From positions 51,493-115,492 of the IMG/VR virus record IMGVR_UViG_3300035670_000055: a DNA stretch of 64,000 nt. The stretch is one strand, 5' to 3'. The notes under the pieces are model-generated. The model was not told where the DNA came from, did no database searches, and worked only from the letters and a program-made list of their open reading frames with translations. Source of the stretch: a virus. Shown one piece after another: positions 1-9,486 of the stretch (position 1 is its first letter; every line of letters begins with the position of its first letter). The position numbers were made by a program, and so were the translations under genes.

Positions 1-226
1 CAAGTATTTCATTAAAGTGAATATACTTATTTCCTGATTTTGTTACTATTAATTTATCATCTAATAAATCATCGTATATAGGAGAGAAGTTTTGATCATT
101 CCCTCCATCTGATACAATGTTTACACTATGTACAATATTCTGATAAGACTGATTCTTTACATTAAGAATACATTGTCTTAACATATATGGTCTATTGTAT
201 GAGCATGTAAAAATTAAAACTTTCAT
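1..226 (-). CDS. Glycosyltransferase family 2, partial (runs off window start)
   Basis: Not in ORF track. Manual translation from ATG at 226: MKVLIFTCSYNRPYMLRQCILNVKNQSYQNIVHSVNIVSDGG, a typical GT-A/GT2 N-terminus. Confidence 0.75.
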   Translation of the reverse strand, partial: MKVLIFTCSYNRPYMLRQCILNVKNQSYQNIVHSVNIVSDGGNDQNFSPIYDDLLDDKLIVTKSGNKYIHFNEIL

Positions 227-942
227 TACCAAATATGTGCTACATTACTAAAACATTCTTGATACCCATTAAATTTAATTAAAGGTTTATACTTTTTATC
301 TTTATTCATCTTTTTTAGTTTATTTTCTAGATTATATATTTTATTACAACTATCTTCTATAATTTTTATTATAGAATAATTATAAGGCATTTCTTTTTTA
401 GATTTAAATCTTTTTTCTATTGTTTGAAAAGTTCTTCCAATTTTATAAAATTCTTCAAAATCATTCCAACATTTTATAATATATATTTTATATGTATGAA
501 AATTTTTTGATTCTTTAGCAGACTTTTCCCAGTTTTTTTCAGACCACCCTGTTGGATTATTAGAATGTAAAATAGAACTTTTTATATTTTTACATTTGGG
601 ACATCCTTTTTTATTTAAATGATCATTTGCTTCTTGTAAAAAATTACCATGAATTTTACAAGTTATTGTTATTTTATTATGTGCTGTTGTATAGTTAATA
701 AAATCATAAGTATACTTAAAATTATGTATTAAATTAGCTTTATTAGAATAATATTCATTTTTATTTAGAGCAGTATTTATAGAAGGTATTACACCATTCA
801 TTAAATGTCCTTTTCTTATTTTACATAATCCTAAAGAAGTTTCAACTATAACATATAAATTATTAATTCCTACCTCTTCTAAAATAATAATAGAAGAGGT
901 AGGGAATTTATTTTTATATTTTGTTATAAAAGAATCTAACAT
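226..942 (-). CDS. Putative homing endonuclease (CxxHG...GCPKC zinc-ribbon plus GIY-YIG-like C-terminal domain)
   Basis: ITCKIHGNFLQEANDHLNKKGCPKC and IYIIKC...FYKIGRT...RF...GYQECF. Likely start is MLDSF at 942 (track gives 957). Confidence 0.7.
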   Translation of the reverse strand: MLDSFITKYKNKFPTSSIIILEEVGINNLYVIVETSLGLCKIRKGHLMNGVIPSINTALNKNEYYSNKANLIHNFKYTYDFINYTTAHNKITITCKIHGNFLQEANDHLNKKGCPKCKNIKSSILHSNNPTGWSEKNWEKSAKESKNFHTYKIYIIKCWNDFEEFYKIGRTFQTIEKRFKSKKEMPYNYSIIKIIEDSCNKIYNLENKLKKMNKDKKYKPLIKFNGYQECFSNVAHIW

Positions 943-946
943 TTTA

Positions 947-1237
947 TCACCACACATGCGCTACATCAAATACAGACACCATGATAACTTCTTTATCTTC
1001 CGATAAAGGAATTTTTACAACTCCTCTAGCAGCAGAACTAGGATCAATCATAACTTCATCTCCAGGAACAATATGTTCTACACCATTTCCTACAGCATAT
1101 ACTTTTAATCTTCCATAAGTTCTAAGCTTTTCTTTTTCTAATTCTATTTTAGATGCTTCATCTAATACTAAATTACTTTTTGGTTCTTCTGGTAATTCCA
1201 GATAAATTCTAGTTCCTAATAATTTTTTAAATTCCAT
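947..1237 (-). CDS. groES: GroES/Cpn10-like co-chaperonin
   Basis: 96 aa; KLLGTRIYLE...VYAVGNGVEHIVPGDEVM...DVAHVW matches the Cpn10 pattern. Confidence 0.65.
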   Translation of the reverse strand: MEFKKLLGTRIYLELPEEPKSNLVLDEASKIELEKEKLRTYGRLKVYAVGNGVEHIVPGDEVMIDPSSAARGVVKIPLSEDKEVIMVSVFDVAHVW

Positions 1238-1241
1238 ATAA

Positions 1242-1751
1242 TTAATCTTTCCAAGTTAAATATTTTACTAAAGCCATTTGTGCAGAAACCAAAAGATTGA
1301 AAGCTTGAGTTCTTAAAACATTTCTTACCCAACTTGTATTTGCACTATCATTTGTAAGTTTAATATGAACTTTTTCAAGTAAATCTATTTGTTTAGCAGC
1401 TAACATTTTTGCTTCATAAACTTCATCACTTCCAGAAGGATTGAATGTAATTCCTACGGCTTTTTCACCAAATGTTTGTGGTCTTTCTGCATTTTCTATA
1501 ACATCATAAGTTTTTTCAAAGACATCTGGTTTGCATGGATAAAATTCTCCATTAATACCTTTAATAATATAATCTCCTTTTGAAGCTTTCATATCTCCTT
1601 CTAAAGTAGGAATTTTTAACTCTAAAGGTTCTTTAAGTTCTGTATATACAGTATCTAGTTTTTTTTCAACGAAAGCTTCAATTTCTTTTTTATTTGCTCC
1701 ATTGTATTCTACTGCTTGAACCACTACTGGTTTTTTTACATAATTTTTCAT
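1242..1751 (-). CDS. Two-domain protein: KKPV..TLEG..GD..YPCKPD domain fused to an Acb2/Tad1-like helical hairpin (candidate anti-defence sponge)
   Basis: N-terminal KKPVVVQAV..IPTLEGDMKASKGDYIIKGINGEFYPCKPDVFEKTY; C-terminal TFGEKAVGITFNPSG..AQMALVKYLTWKD. Confidence 0.55.
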   Translation of the reverse strand: MKNYVKKPVVVQAVEYNGANKKEIEAFVEKKLDTVYTELKEPLELKIPTLEGDMKASKGDYIIKGINGEFYPCKPDVFEKTYDVIENAERPQTFGEKAVGITFNPSGSDEVYEAKMLAAKQIDLLEKVHIKLTNDSANTSWVRNVLRTQAFNLLVSAQMALVKYLTWKD

Positions 1752-1756
1752 AATGT

Positions 1757-2053
1757 TTATTTATATAGGTTACAAATTAATTTAATATATTTAGAATCTT
1801 TTATAAATCTAATATCATCTTGAAGTCCAAATTCTCCTTTTTTATAATAAAGTGAAATAAAATAATTAACAACTTCATCATGAGTTCTAAATTTCTTATA
1901 TCTATACAGAAAACCTGTTATATGATATAATAGTTCTTCTCCAAATTGAAGTATATTTTTTATTAATCTCGCTTCATCATTATTATATTTTTTTAAAAGG
2001 TCTAAATAATAATATTGTTTATAAAATATTTGATTTTTCTTAAGAGTGATCAT
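1757..2053 (-). CDS. Hypothetical protein
   Basis: ORF track; co-oriented with operon. Confidence 0.45.
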   Translation of the reverse strand: MITLKKNQIFYKQYYYLDLLKKYNNDEARLIKNILQFGEELLYHITGFLYRYKKFRTHDEVVNYFISLYYKKGEFGLQDDIRFIKDSKYIKLICNLYK

Positions 2054-2117
2054 ATAAATTATTTTAAATATTTTAATCTAGCTAATACTTTTTGTGACAT
2101 ATGTCCATCAAATACTT

Positions 2118-2399
2118 TCATATATTTACTAATCTTGTTTGTTCATAAAATCTTTCTATATCTTCTCCAGATAAGTAGATTTCGCTTTGAAATACTTCTA
2201 CTTGCTTTCTAACACCTGTAACTTTATTACTATGTGTGTTAATGTTTGGAACTTCTTTTACTCTTTCATGTAAATCATCTAATAATACTACTAATGTATT
2301 ATCATCTGTTTGTACAGATCTAATTACTTTGTTGATATTAAAACTGTCTCTAAATGTTTTATCACCTTCTGTTCTGGTGAAAAAGAATTGGTTTCTCAT
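2118..2399 (-). CDS. Hypothetical phage protein
   Basis: ORF track; ATGA-coupled to upstream gene. Confidence 0.7.
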   Translation of the reverse strand: MRNQFFFTRTEGDKTFRDSFNINKVIRSVQTDDNTLVVLLDDLHERVKEVPNINTHSNKVTGVRKQVEVFQSEIYLSGEDIERFYEQTRLVNI

Positions 2400-2782
2400 A
2401 AATTATATTTTAATTTTAAATATTTACGTCTATTATTAACTTCTTCATATCTATATATATCACTTTCTACTTGTTGGTGTTCTTCCCAGGTAAGCAGAAT
2501 TATATTTTCTTCATCAAATGCTATATCGGGATATTTACTTTTTGGTAAGAGGTGATGAAAGAATGTTGTACGTGGTTCATTTCCTAAAAACTTTCCAGAA
2601 ACTTCTGAGAAATGAGGTTTCTTTTTCCATATAGATAGAAAAAAATCTCTCATTTCATCAGTTTTAGTTTCCTTTTTATAACCTTTTAAAATTTTTTTTG
2701 TTTTAGGAATTGCTTTTTTTGGTTTATGAATGAAACAATATTCTGATTCACTCTTTTTTCCACAAACTTTACAATTCATCAT
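2396..2782 (-). CDS. HNH-family nuclease (Ref/NinG-like)
   Basis: CKVCGKK..CFIH and FHHLLPKSKYPDIAFDEENIILLTWEEH. Confidence 0.65.
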   Translation of the reverse strand: MMNCKVCGKKSESEYCFIHKPKKAIPKTKKILKGYKKETKTDEMRDFFLSIWKKKPHFSEVSGKFLGNEPRTTFFHHLLPKSKYPDIAFDEENIILLTWEEHQQVESDIYRYEEVNNRRKYLKLKYNL

Positions 2783-3222
2783 TCTCCTGTACTGCCAAAT
2801 CCTCCTGTATTTCTTTCTGATTCTAAAAGTTCTTCTGCTTCTTCAAACTCAATTTGTGGATAAGGTAAAATTATAATTTGACCTATTCTATCTCCTATTT
2901 CATAACTATAACCAAATCCGTAACTACCTTGCCATAAAGTAGATTTAAACTTAAACATAACTTCACCACGATAACCACTATCTAAAACCCCAACAGAATT
3001 GCTTAATAATAAATCTTTTTTTGCATTACTACTTCTTGGAAATAATAATCCTACATATCCTTTAGGAATTTCAAAAGCTAATCCAGTTCCATATACTATA
3101 TTTCCATTATTATCATAATATTTTGATGCGGCTACTAAATCCATTCCAGCATCCCCATCCTTGCTATAAGTTGGTAAAACACTGTTTTTTGATAATTTTT
3201 TAATTTTAATTTTTAAATTCAT
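2779..3222 (-). CDS. dut: Trimeric dUTPase
   Basis: Motifs AGMDL, PRSS, GVLDSGYRGE, GDRIGQ, RNTGGFGSTG. Confidence 0.97.
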   Translation of the reverse strand: MNLKIKIKKLSKNSVLPTYSKDGDAGMDLVAASKYYDNNGNIVYGTGLAFEIPKGYVGLLFPRSSNAKKDLLLSNSVGVLDSGYRGEVMFKFKSTLWQGSYGFGYSYEIGDRIGQIIILPYPQIEFEEAEELLESERNTGGFGSTGE

Positions 3223-3223
3223 A

Positions 3224-4327
3224 TTATTCTTCTAATTTTTCTGGTTCACTAAATGCTTCATCTAATGTTTGTACAGGAAGAGATTTTTTTATTTCTGGTT
3301 GTTCTAGGATTTCTTCAACTATTTCATCATTATCTTCTTCTTTAATCTTTTCAACAATTTTTTCTTTTAATTGTTCAAAGAATTCATCATTCCCATCAAT
3401 AGATTGTTTAAATTCTTCAAGGTCATATTTTACTCCGTCAAATGTATATGTTTTGCCATACTTTTTACCTAATCCAAAATCATGAGCAAGATCCATAACT
3501 TCTCCAATTTTATCAATTCCTTTTCCATATACAATTTCAAAAGAAGATTGTCTATATGGAGGAGACATTTTATTTTTTACTGCTTTTAATTTAGTAATAT
3601 TACCATAAGTTACATCACCATCTTTTGCAAGACTCCTAGAAATTTCTACTCTAACATCAGAATAAAATTTAAGAGCATGACCACCTTGAGTTGTTGTAGG
3701 ATTACCAAACATTACTCCTATTTTCTCTCTATATTGGGAAATAACAATAACGCATACATTATGTGCAGAAAGTGCAGTTTTAAGTTTTGGATAAGCATTG
3801 CTATTTAATAATGCTTTTCTACCAATTGCAGAATCACCTACATCACCATCTAATACTTTTTTAGGAATTAATGATGAATCTGAATCAATAATAACAAGAT
3901 CAATTTCTCCTGTATTAATCATTTCCATAGCAATGTTAAAACCTTCTTCACCGCTAGACGGTTGAGCAATTAATAATTTAGTTGTATCAACTCCTAAAGA
4001 TTTAAAATAGCTTTTATCAACAGCATGTTCGCCATCAATATATAATACTGTTCCTCCGTTTTTTTGACAATTTGCAGTTGTATGCCCACATATTGTAGAT
4101 TTACCAGTACCTTCCCAACCCATTAATTCATAAAGTTTACCTTTTACAAATCCTCCTACACCTAGTGTTATATAATCTAATCCGATAGAACCTGATGAAA
4201 TTACGTCATAATCACTATTTGTTTTTGAATCTAATGATAATATTGTTCCTTCACCATAACTTTTATTAAGCTTATCTAAAGCTTCTTGAAATTTACTTTT
4301 TGTTTCTGTTTGTTTTTGTTTTGCCAT
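3224..4327 (-). CDS. recA: RecA recombinase
   Basis: GWEGTGKST, YIDGEHA, IGVMFGNPTTTQGGHALKFYSDVR, VKNKMSPP. Confidence 0.97.
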   Translation of the reverse strand: MAKQKQTETKSKFQEALDKLNKSYGEGTILSLDSKTNSDYDVISSGSIGLDYITLGVGGFVKGKLYELMGWEGTGKSTICGHTTANCQKNGGTVLYIDGEHAVDKSYFKSLGVDTTKLLIAQPSSGEEGFNIAMEMINTGEIDLVIIDSDSSLIPKKVLDGDVGDSAIGRKALLNSNAYPKLKTALSAHNVCVIVISQYREKIGVMFGNPTTTQGGHALKFYSDVRVEISRSLAKDGDVTYGNITKLKAVKNKMSPPYRQSSFEIVYGKGIDKIGEVMDLAHDFGLGKKYGKTYTFDGVKYDLEEFKQSIDGNDEFFEQLKEKIVEKIKEEDNDEIVEEILEQPEIKKSLPVQTLDEAFSEPEKLEE

Positions 4328-4346
4328 TTTATTGTTGATTTGTTTA

Positions 4347-4354
4347 CAAATTTA
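4347..4354 (-). promoter_or_regulatory. Bacteroidota sigma-A -7 element upstream of recA
   Basis: TAAATTTG on minus strand (TAnnTTTG consensus), about 20 nt before the ATG. Confidence 0.55.
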
Positions 4355-4389
4355 CAAAAATAATTCGTTTTTTCCTATTGTTAAAAAAG

Positions 4390-4420
4390 AAAAAGTCTTA
4401 AATTTTCATTAAGACTTTTT
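4390..4420 (-). terminator. Intrinsic terminator-like hairpin after RNR
   Basis: AAAAAGTCTTAA-loop-TTAAGACTTTTT with flanking A/T tracts. Confidence 0.55.
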
Positions 4421-4483
4421 CACATTAACAATAAAACAAAACGAATTATATTACATTTTTACTTTTTATTTATTTATTCCAAA

Positions 4484-7400
4484 CTACCCACATTTACTAG
4501 ATCCACAATCTAAACATTTATTACACCCTTCTTCAAATATTACATTTTCAGAACCGCAATCATTACACTTCACCGTAGACTTTGCGCCATCAGGAATATA
4601 TTTCTTTAAAACTCTTACAAGTCCTTTTGTAAAAGAAAATAAATCTCCATTACATTTATTTATCTGTTCTACAATAAACTTAATATCTGCGCCATGTCTT
4701 AATGAAACAGAGACTAGTCTAGTAATAGCAGCTTGTTCGTCAGTCATTTCAGAAGTAACACTTTCTGAATAAGTCTCCCCATCTTTTATTAAATCATACC
4801 TACCTTTATTAATTTTCTTCAAAATTAATTCTTGTTCATGTGTAAAGTATTCTGTCACAAATACTTCGTAAGGTTTATTATTAAGTAATCCTACAATAAC
4901 GTTATATTTTTTACCATTTGCATTGGTAGTATGGATTTTACATTTAAGTTCTTTAGGTCTTTTGGGAGCATCTACGTAATTAAATTCATCTCTTCCTTTA
5001 TTTTCTGTAGTAGAGACTAGAACGCCACTTCTTGAACCATCCCTATAAACCGTAATACCTTTTAATCCTTTATTCCAAGATTCAAAATAAATTTTAGAAA
5101 CTTCCTCTTCTGATACATTATTTGGTAAATTAATAGTTGAAGAAATACTATGAGTAGTATATTTTTGTATAATACTCTGCATTTCGACTCTTTTAATCCA
5201 ATCTATATCATTAGCTGTAGAACCATCCCAAGGAGTAGTATGATTATCCAAAAATTCTTTCGTGATTTTAACTAATTCTTCCTGTTCTTCTTTAGTATTA
5301 ACATCTAGAGATATATTGATATTGAATAATTTCATATAATCAATTAATTTTGGATGAATTACAGCATATTCTTGCCAACTATCCCCAGACTCGTCCACAA
5401 AATCCACTCGTACATTTTTATCATTAGGATTGATTTTTTTTCTCCTAATATATGGATGTAATGAAAAGATTGGTTCAATTCCAGATGTAGTTTGAGTTAA
5501 TAAACTTACAGTACCAGTAGGGGCTACAGTATTCCAAGATACATTTCTTCTTCCATGTTCAATCATTCTTTTAGCTTGATTAGGATAATTATTACTTATA
5601 AAATTATAAAAAGAATTCTCTCCACCTAATAAATTAAAATCTCCTGGAAATAAAGATTTCCAATCAAATTCTAAAGAACTATTCCAACCTTCAAATGGAC
5701 CTCTAAGTATAGCTAAGTCAATAGTACAATCTAATTCAGCTTCCATTTTAATATGCATTATTTGTTCTACAAATAATAAAGCTTCATCTGAATCATATTT
5801 ATATCCTAAAGCAGCTAATGTATCTCCTAAAGCAGTAAAACCAAGTCCTGTTCTTCTGGAAGCTTGTGCTGTCTGTTTAATTTTATTCCATAGTTCAATT
5901 TCTGTCCATTTAACTTCATTTGATTCTGAGTCTGAATTAAGTTTGTTTAAAATTCTATTAATATGCTCAACTTCTAAATCAATAAGATCATCTGATAACC
6001 TCATTGCTTCATATGTAATTCTATAGAATTTTTCAGAATCAAATTCTACATCTTTTGTAAATGGATTCTTAACAAAGGAATAAAGATTTAATGCTATTAA
6101 TCTACAAGCATCATACGGTTGCATAAAAATTTCTCCGCAATTATGAGCTATAACTCCTTGAATAACACCCCAATGAGTATCATCATTTAAACTAAAATCA
6201 TAAACTGGTTTAACTTCTGTAATTTTTGCAGATAAAATTTTTGGAGCTTTTGTTAAAATAAGTTCTTTTAAAGAATCTTGTTTATAATTATGAACAAATC
6301 CAATATTCTCTGCAAATTTTAATACTGCCCTATATTTTGAAATATTTAAATCATAAGATTCTTTGCACAAATAAATTCCATTAGAAAATTCAACTTCTTT
6401 AGCTTTATTTGTAGTAAAATAATTATCAATTCCAAATTCTTGTAATACATTAGATAATTCTAAAATTAATTCTTTACAAGTAGATTTAAAAGATATTCTA
6501 TGTCCTTTTATAATACTTCCATTAGCTGACCATAATCCTTTTAAAAACATTAATTTATTATCAGGACTCCAATTATAAAAAGTTGTAGGTAAAGTCCTAT
6601 TTGGTAAAATAGAAGAATCAAATCCTAATTCTTTTAAAATCTCATTAAATCCTCCTAGATAAATTTTTCCAGTAGTCTTTACATTAAATAGCTTAGCAAT
6701 GTCTTCATCTTTTTCACCAATATTAACTTCTATACCTAAATGAGCAGTTGAATCTAGTCTTCCTGTACAACCATCTCCTTGTATAAATCCGTATTTAACA
6801 AACTCATTAATTTTGTCATTTATAATAAAGAAAGGCATTAGTCTATCCTCTTTAGTTATAAATTGAGCTTGTTTTTCTGAACCATCTGTTAACATAAATC
6901 TATGATCAATTGTGGTTACAATTGTTTCTTTATTACTTAAATTTAATGTGTAAGTAGCTTTCTCTCCTGATTTAAATACTGTTCCAGATACAATTTTTCC
7001 ATCTTTATTTACAAAATCAATATCTTGACCTTCTAAATCTCCAATTTTCTCATACCCATGAGCTGTTAGTATTTTAGTTTCATAGCTAAAACATGGATTA
7101 GTTGTTACCCCTTTGAATTGAGGATAAACTCCATCAGGTGAATAGTTATGATGATTATCTACAAATATAATTCCTGGTTCTGCGTATCCATGAGCTGATT
7201 TAATAACTTCTTCCCAATATTCTTTAGCTTTAATTTTTTTTGTATAAACAACATCTCTACTTTTTATATGAGAGCATCTATACAATGTATTATATTCTAT
7301 AGTTTCATCTGGGTATAATAATTCTTCTGTACTTGAATTACATGGAAATTTAAGAATGTAATCTTCATCATTTTCTACAGCTTTCATGAATTCATTATTA

Positions 7401-8044
7401 ATTTTAATAGAAATGTTGGCTCCTGTTACAGAAGTACCATCTCTTTTAATTTTAATGAAATCCATTACATCAGGATGGTTAATATCTATTGACAACATTA
7501 ATGCTCCTCTTCTTCCATTTTGAGCCACTTCTCTGGTAGTGTTGCTAAATCTATGCATGAATGATACAGCTCCTGTAGTAGTTTTTGCAGCGTTTGAAAC
7601 AGAAGTATTTTTAGGTCTAAGAGTAGATATATCTAATCCTACTCCACCTCTTCTTTTCATTAATTGAGCCATTTCTTCATCTTTTTGAAATATTCCACCA
7701 TAAGAATCTTCTGGTGTACCTATTACAAAACAATTAGATAATGAACCTATTGATTTTGCACCTAATTGAGACATAATAGAACCTTGAGGAATTATGTACT
7801 TAAAGTCTTTAAAAAGATTATAAATACTATTTTCTGTCATAAAACCTCTACTTTTACCATAAGTAGATAATAGTCTTAAGTCAGATTCTTTTTTCTGGTA
7901 TTCATAATCTATTCTAAAAAACTCCTTTGCCATTCTTTTATGCATATCATCAGGAATTTCTTCTTCTTCTTGTGCATATTTTCCTAACCATACTGATGAT
8001 GCTAAATCATCTCCATTAAAATAACTTAATAATTTGTCTTGCAT
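4484..8044 (-). CDS. nrdJ: Class II (adenosylcobalamin-dependent) ribonucleotide reductase containing an intein
   Basis: SLSNCFV, GRRGALM, TNP|CGE, RRTGLG, TVAPTGTVS, ISSTINLP, KGITVYRDGSR, C-terminal CxxC..CxxCG. No NrdB in window. Confidence 0.92.
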   Translation of the reverse strand: MQDKLLSYFNGDDLASSVWLGKYAQEEEEIPDDMHKRMAKEFFRIDYEYQKKESDLRLLSTYGKSRGFMTENSIYNLFKDFKYIIPQGSIMSQLGAKSIGSLSNCFVIGTPEDSYGGIFQKDEEMAQLMKRRGGVGLDISTLRPKNTSVSNAAKTTTGAVSFMHRFSNTTREVAQNGRRGALMLSIDINHPDVMDFIKIKRDGTSVTGANISIKINNEFMKAVENDEDYILKFPCNSSTEELLYPDETIEYNTLYRCSHIKSRDVVYTKKIKAKEYWEEVIKSAHGYAEPGIIFVDNHHNYSPDGVYPQFKGVTTNPCFSYETKILTAHGYEKIGDLEGQDIDFVNKDGKIVSGTVFKSGEKATYTLNLSNKETIVTTIDHRFMLTDGSEKQAQFITKEDRLMPFFIINDKINEFVKYGFIQGDGCTGRLDSTAHLGIEVNIGEKDEDIAKLFNVKTTGKIYLGGFNEILKELGFDSSILPNRTLPTTFYNWSPDNKLMFLKGLWSANGSIIKGHRISFKSTCKELILELSNVLQEFGIDNYFTTNKAKEVEFSNGIYLCKESYDLNISKYRAVLKFAENIGFVHNYKQDSLKELILTKAPKILSAKITEVKPVYDFSLNDDTHWGVIQGVIAHNCGEIFMQPYDACRLIALNLYSFVKNPFTKDVEFDSEKFYRITYEAMRLSDDLIDLEVEHINRILNKLNSDSESNEVKWTEIELWNKIKQTAQASRRTGLGFTALGDTLAALGYKYDSDEALLFVEQIMHIKMEAELDCTIDLAILRGPFEGWNSSLEFDWKSLFPGDFNLLGGENSFYNFISNNYPNQAKRMIEHGRRNVSWNTVAPTGTVSLLTQTTSGIEPIFSLHPYIRRKKINPNDKNVRVDFVDESGDSWQEYAVIHPKLIDYMKLFNINISLDVNTKEEQEELVKITKEFLDNHTTPWDGSTANDIDWIKRVEMQSIIQKYTTHSISSTINLPNNVSEEEVSKIYFESWNKGLKGITVYRDGSRSGVLVSTTENKGRDEFNYVDAPKRPKELKCKIHTTNANGKKYNVIVGLLNNKPYEVFVTEYFTHEQELILKKINKGRYDLIKDGETYSESVTSEMTDEQAAITRLVSVSLRHGADIKFIVEQINKCNGDLFSFTKGLVRVLKKYIPDGAKSTVKCNDCGSENVIFEEGCNKCLDCGSSKCG
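6140..7093 (-). mobile_element. Intein (318 aa) with LAGLIDADG endonuclease in the RNR active-site NPCGE motif
   Basis: TTNP|CFSYETKILT...TTIDHRFM...YGFIQGDG...FLKGLWSANG...VYDFSL..GVIAHN|CGEI. Confidence 0.93.
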
Positions 8045-8092
8045 TTTTATTTAATTTTTTGAGAGCGTGAATTTACAATTTTAATATCAATT

Positions 8093-8518
8093 TTACAAAA
8101 TCTCATCTGTTAAAGTTTTATCTTTTTCTAATTGTTCTAATTTATTATTTAGAATTTTTGTAGCTCCTATTATTCCAGATAATTCAGCTTCTTTTCTTGT
8201 TTTGTGTCTTGTGGGTTTTTCATCCTCCATATAAGAAAAGAATAAATTGTTATCTGGAATAATTTTTATAAATATTTTATTTTCATCAAATACATCAAAC
8301 ATCATTCTAGGATTAATATTAATTAATTCTACAAATGTTTTTTCTGCTAATGTATCTTCTATATATTGTTCTATTTGTTCTTTTGTTAATTCTGTTCCCT
8401 GGAAAGAATTTAACATCTGTTGTTTAAACCAATTTAATATAACTGGTTTTGCAAATTGTGATTCGTTTAATAATTCTACTGTATACATGCTATTTAATTT
8501 TTTTAATTCCATTGTCAT
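8093..8518 (-). CDS. Hypothetical protein
   Basis: ORF track; operon context. Confidence 0.7.
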   Translation of the reverse strand: MTMELKKLNSMYTVELLNESQFAKPVILNWFKQQMLNSFQGTELTKEQIEQYIEDTLAEKTFVELININPRMMFDVFDENKIFIKIIPDNNLFFSYMEDEKPTRHKTRKEAELSGIIGATKILNNKLEQLEKDKTLTDEIL

Positions 8519-8747
8519 CTAATGTTTCTAATAATTTACTACATTGTAATAATGTATCAATATGTTCTGAGTTGTTACTTTCTTCATCATTAAATTGGTC
8601 ATCTTCAGATAATCTTTCTATTACCCATTGTAATTTACAAAATAACACCTCAGGAACTTCCCAATATTTTCCTGTTTCTTCATCCTTCCAATTATCCCAA
8701 GATATTTCCTGAGATATTTCTTCTATTGCTTTTTTATAAAGATTCAT
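8490..8747 (-). CDS. Hypothetical protein
   Basis: ORF track; translational coupling. Confidence 0.6.
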   Translation of the reverse strand: MNLYKKAIEEISQEISWDNWKDEETGKYWEVPEVLFCKLQWVIERLSEDDQFNDEESNNSEHIDTLLQCSKLLETLDDNGIKKIK

Positions 8748-8950
8748 TATATTACTTCTTTTGTTAATTCTTTATATTTATTTTTCCACCAAGCATATTC
8801 ATATTCATATTCGTTAGCTTCATTTGGAAATTTTTTATTAAAATCGTTCATTAATAATTGATTTTTATGAGTTTCCATTCTCACATATTTAATTGCATCT
8901 TCTATTCCGAATTTTGCAATAATTTCATCTAAGATAAATTGATTAAACAT
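8747..8950 (-). CDS. Hypothetical protein
   Basis: ORF track; translational coupling. Confidence 0.6.
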   Translation of the reverse strand: MFNQFILDEIIAKFGIEDAIKYVRMETHKNQLLMNDFNKKFPNEANEYEYEYAWWKNKYKELTKEVI

Positions 8951-9486
8951 ATTATTTTATTATTTAAGGTTTCTGATTCTTCTTTAAATTTATACAAAAG
9001 TTCATATTCTTCTTTAAACTGTACATCTAATATTTCTTCCCAATATTTTAATAAATCTTCTGTTTTATTGAATATTCTATATTGTAAAGAAACTTCTTCT
9101 TTGTTATAACCTTTTATAGATATAATAAGTTTTTCAGGAAATAATTTTTGAAATTCTTTAGATGTTTTTGAATATTTTCCTTGTTTAATTAATTCAAAAT
9201 CATTTTTAAAATTGTTATCTAATTGATATACTAAAACTATGTGTTTATTATCATAATTATAATCATCAATTAATTCTTGTGTTCTTTCATATTCTGAATC
9301 TACAAACTCTCTAAATATATCAATATTTTCAGGTTTAAATAAAAGATATACAGCATTTTCATACTGTACATCTCTATTTAAATCCTTTATATAACCATTT
9401 ATAAAATTATTTTTTTCTAATTGTTCTTTAGGAATCTTCAATGTAGGAACCATAAATATGGAAGTAATTGTCTTCTCTAATTTCAT
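8929..9486 (-). CDS. Hypothetical phage protein
   Basis: 185 aa; ATGA overlap with nuclease gene. Confidence 0.7.
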   Translation of the reverse strand: MKLEKTITSIFMVPTLKIPKEQLEKNNFINGYIKDLNRDVQYENAVYLLFKPENIDIFREFVDSEYERTQELIDDYNYDNKHIVLVYQLDNNFKNDFELIKQGKYSKTSKEFQKLFPEKLIISIKGYNKEEVSLQYRIFNKTEDLLKYWEEILDVQFKEEYELLYKFKEESETLNNKIICLINLS

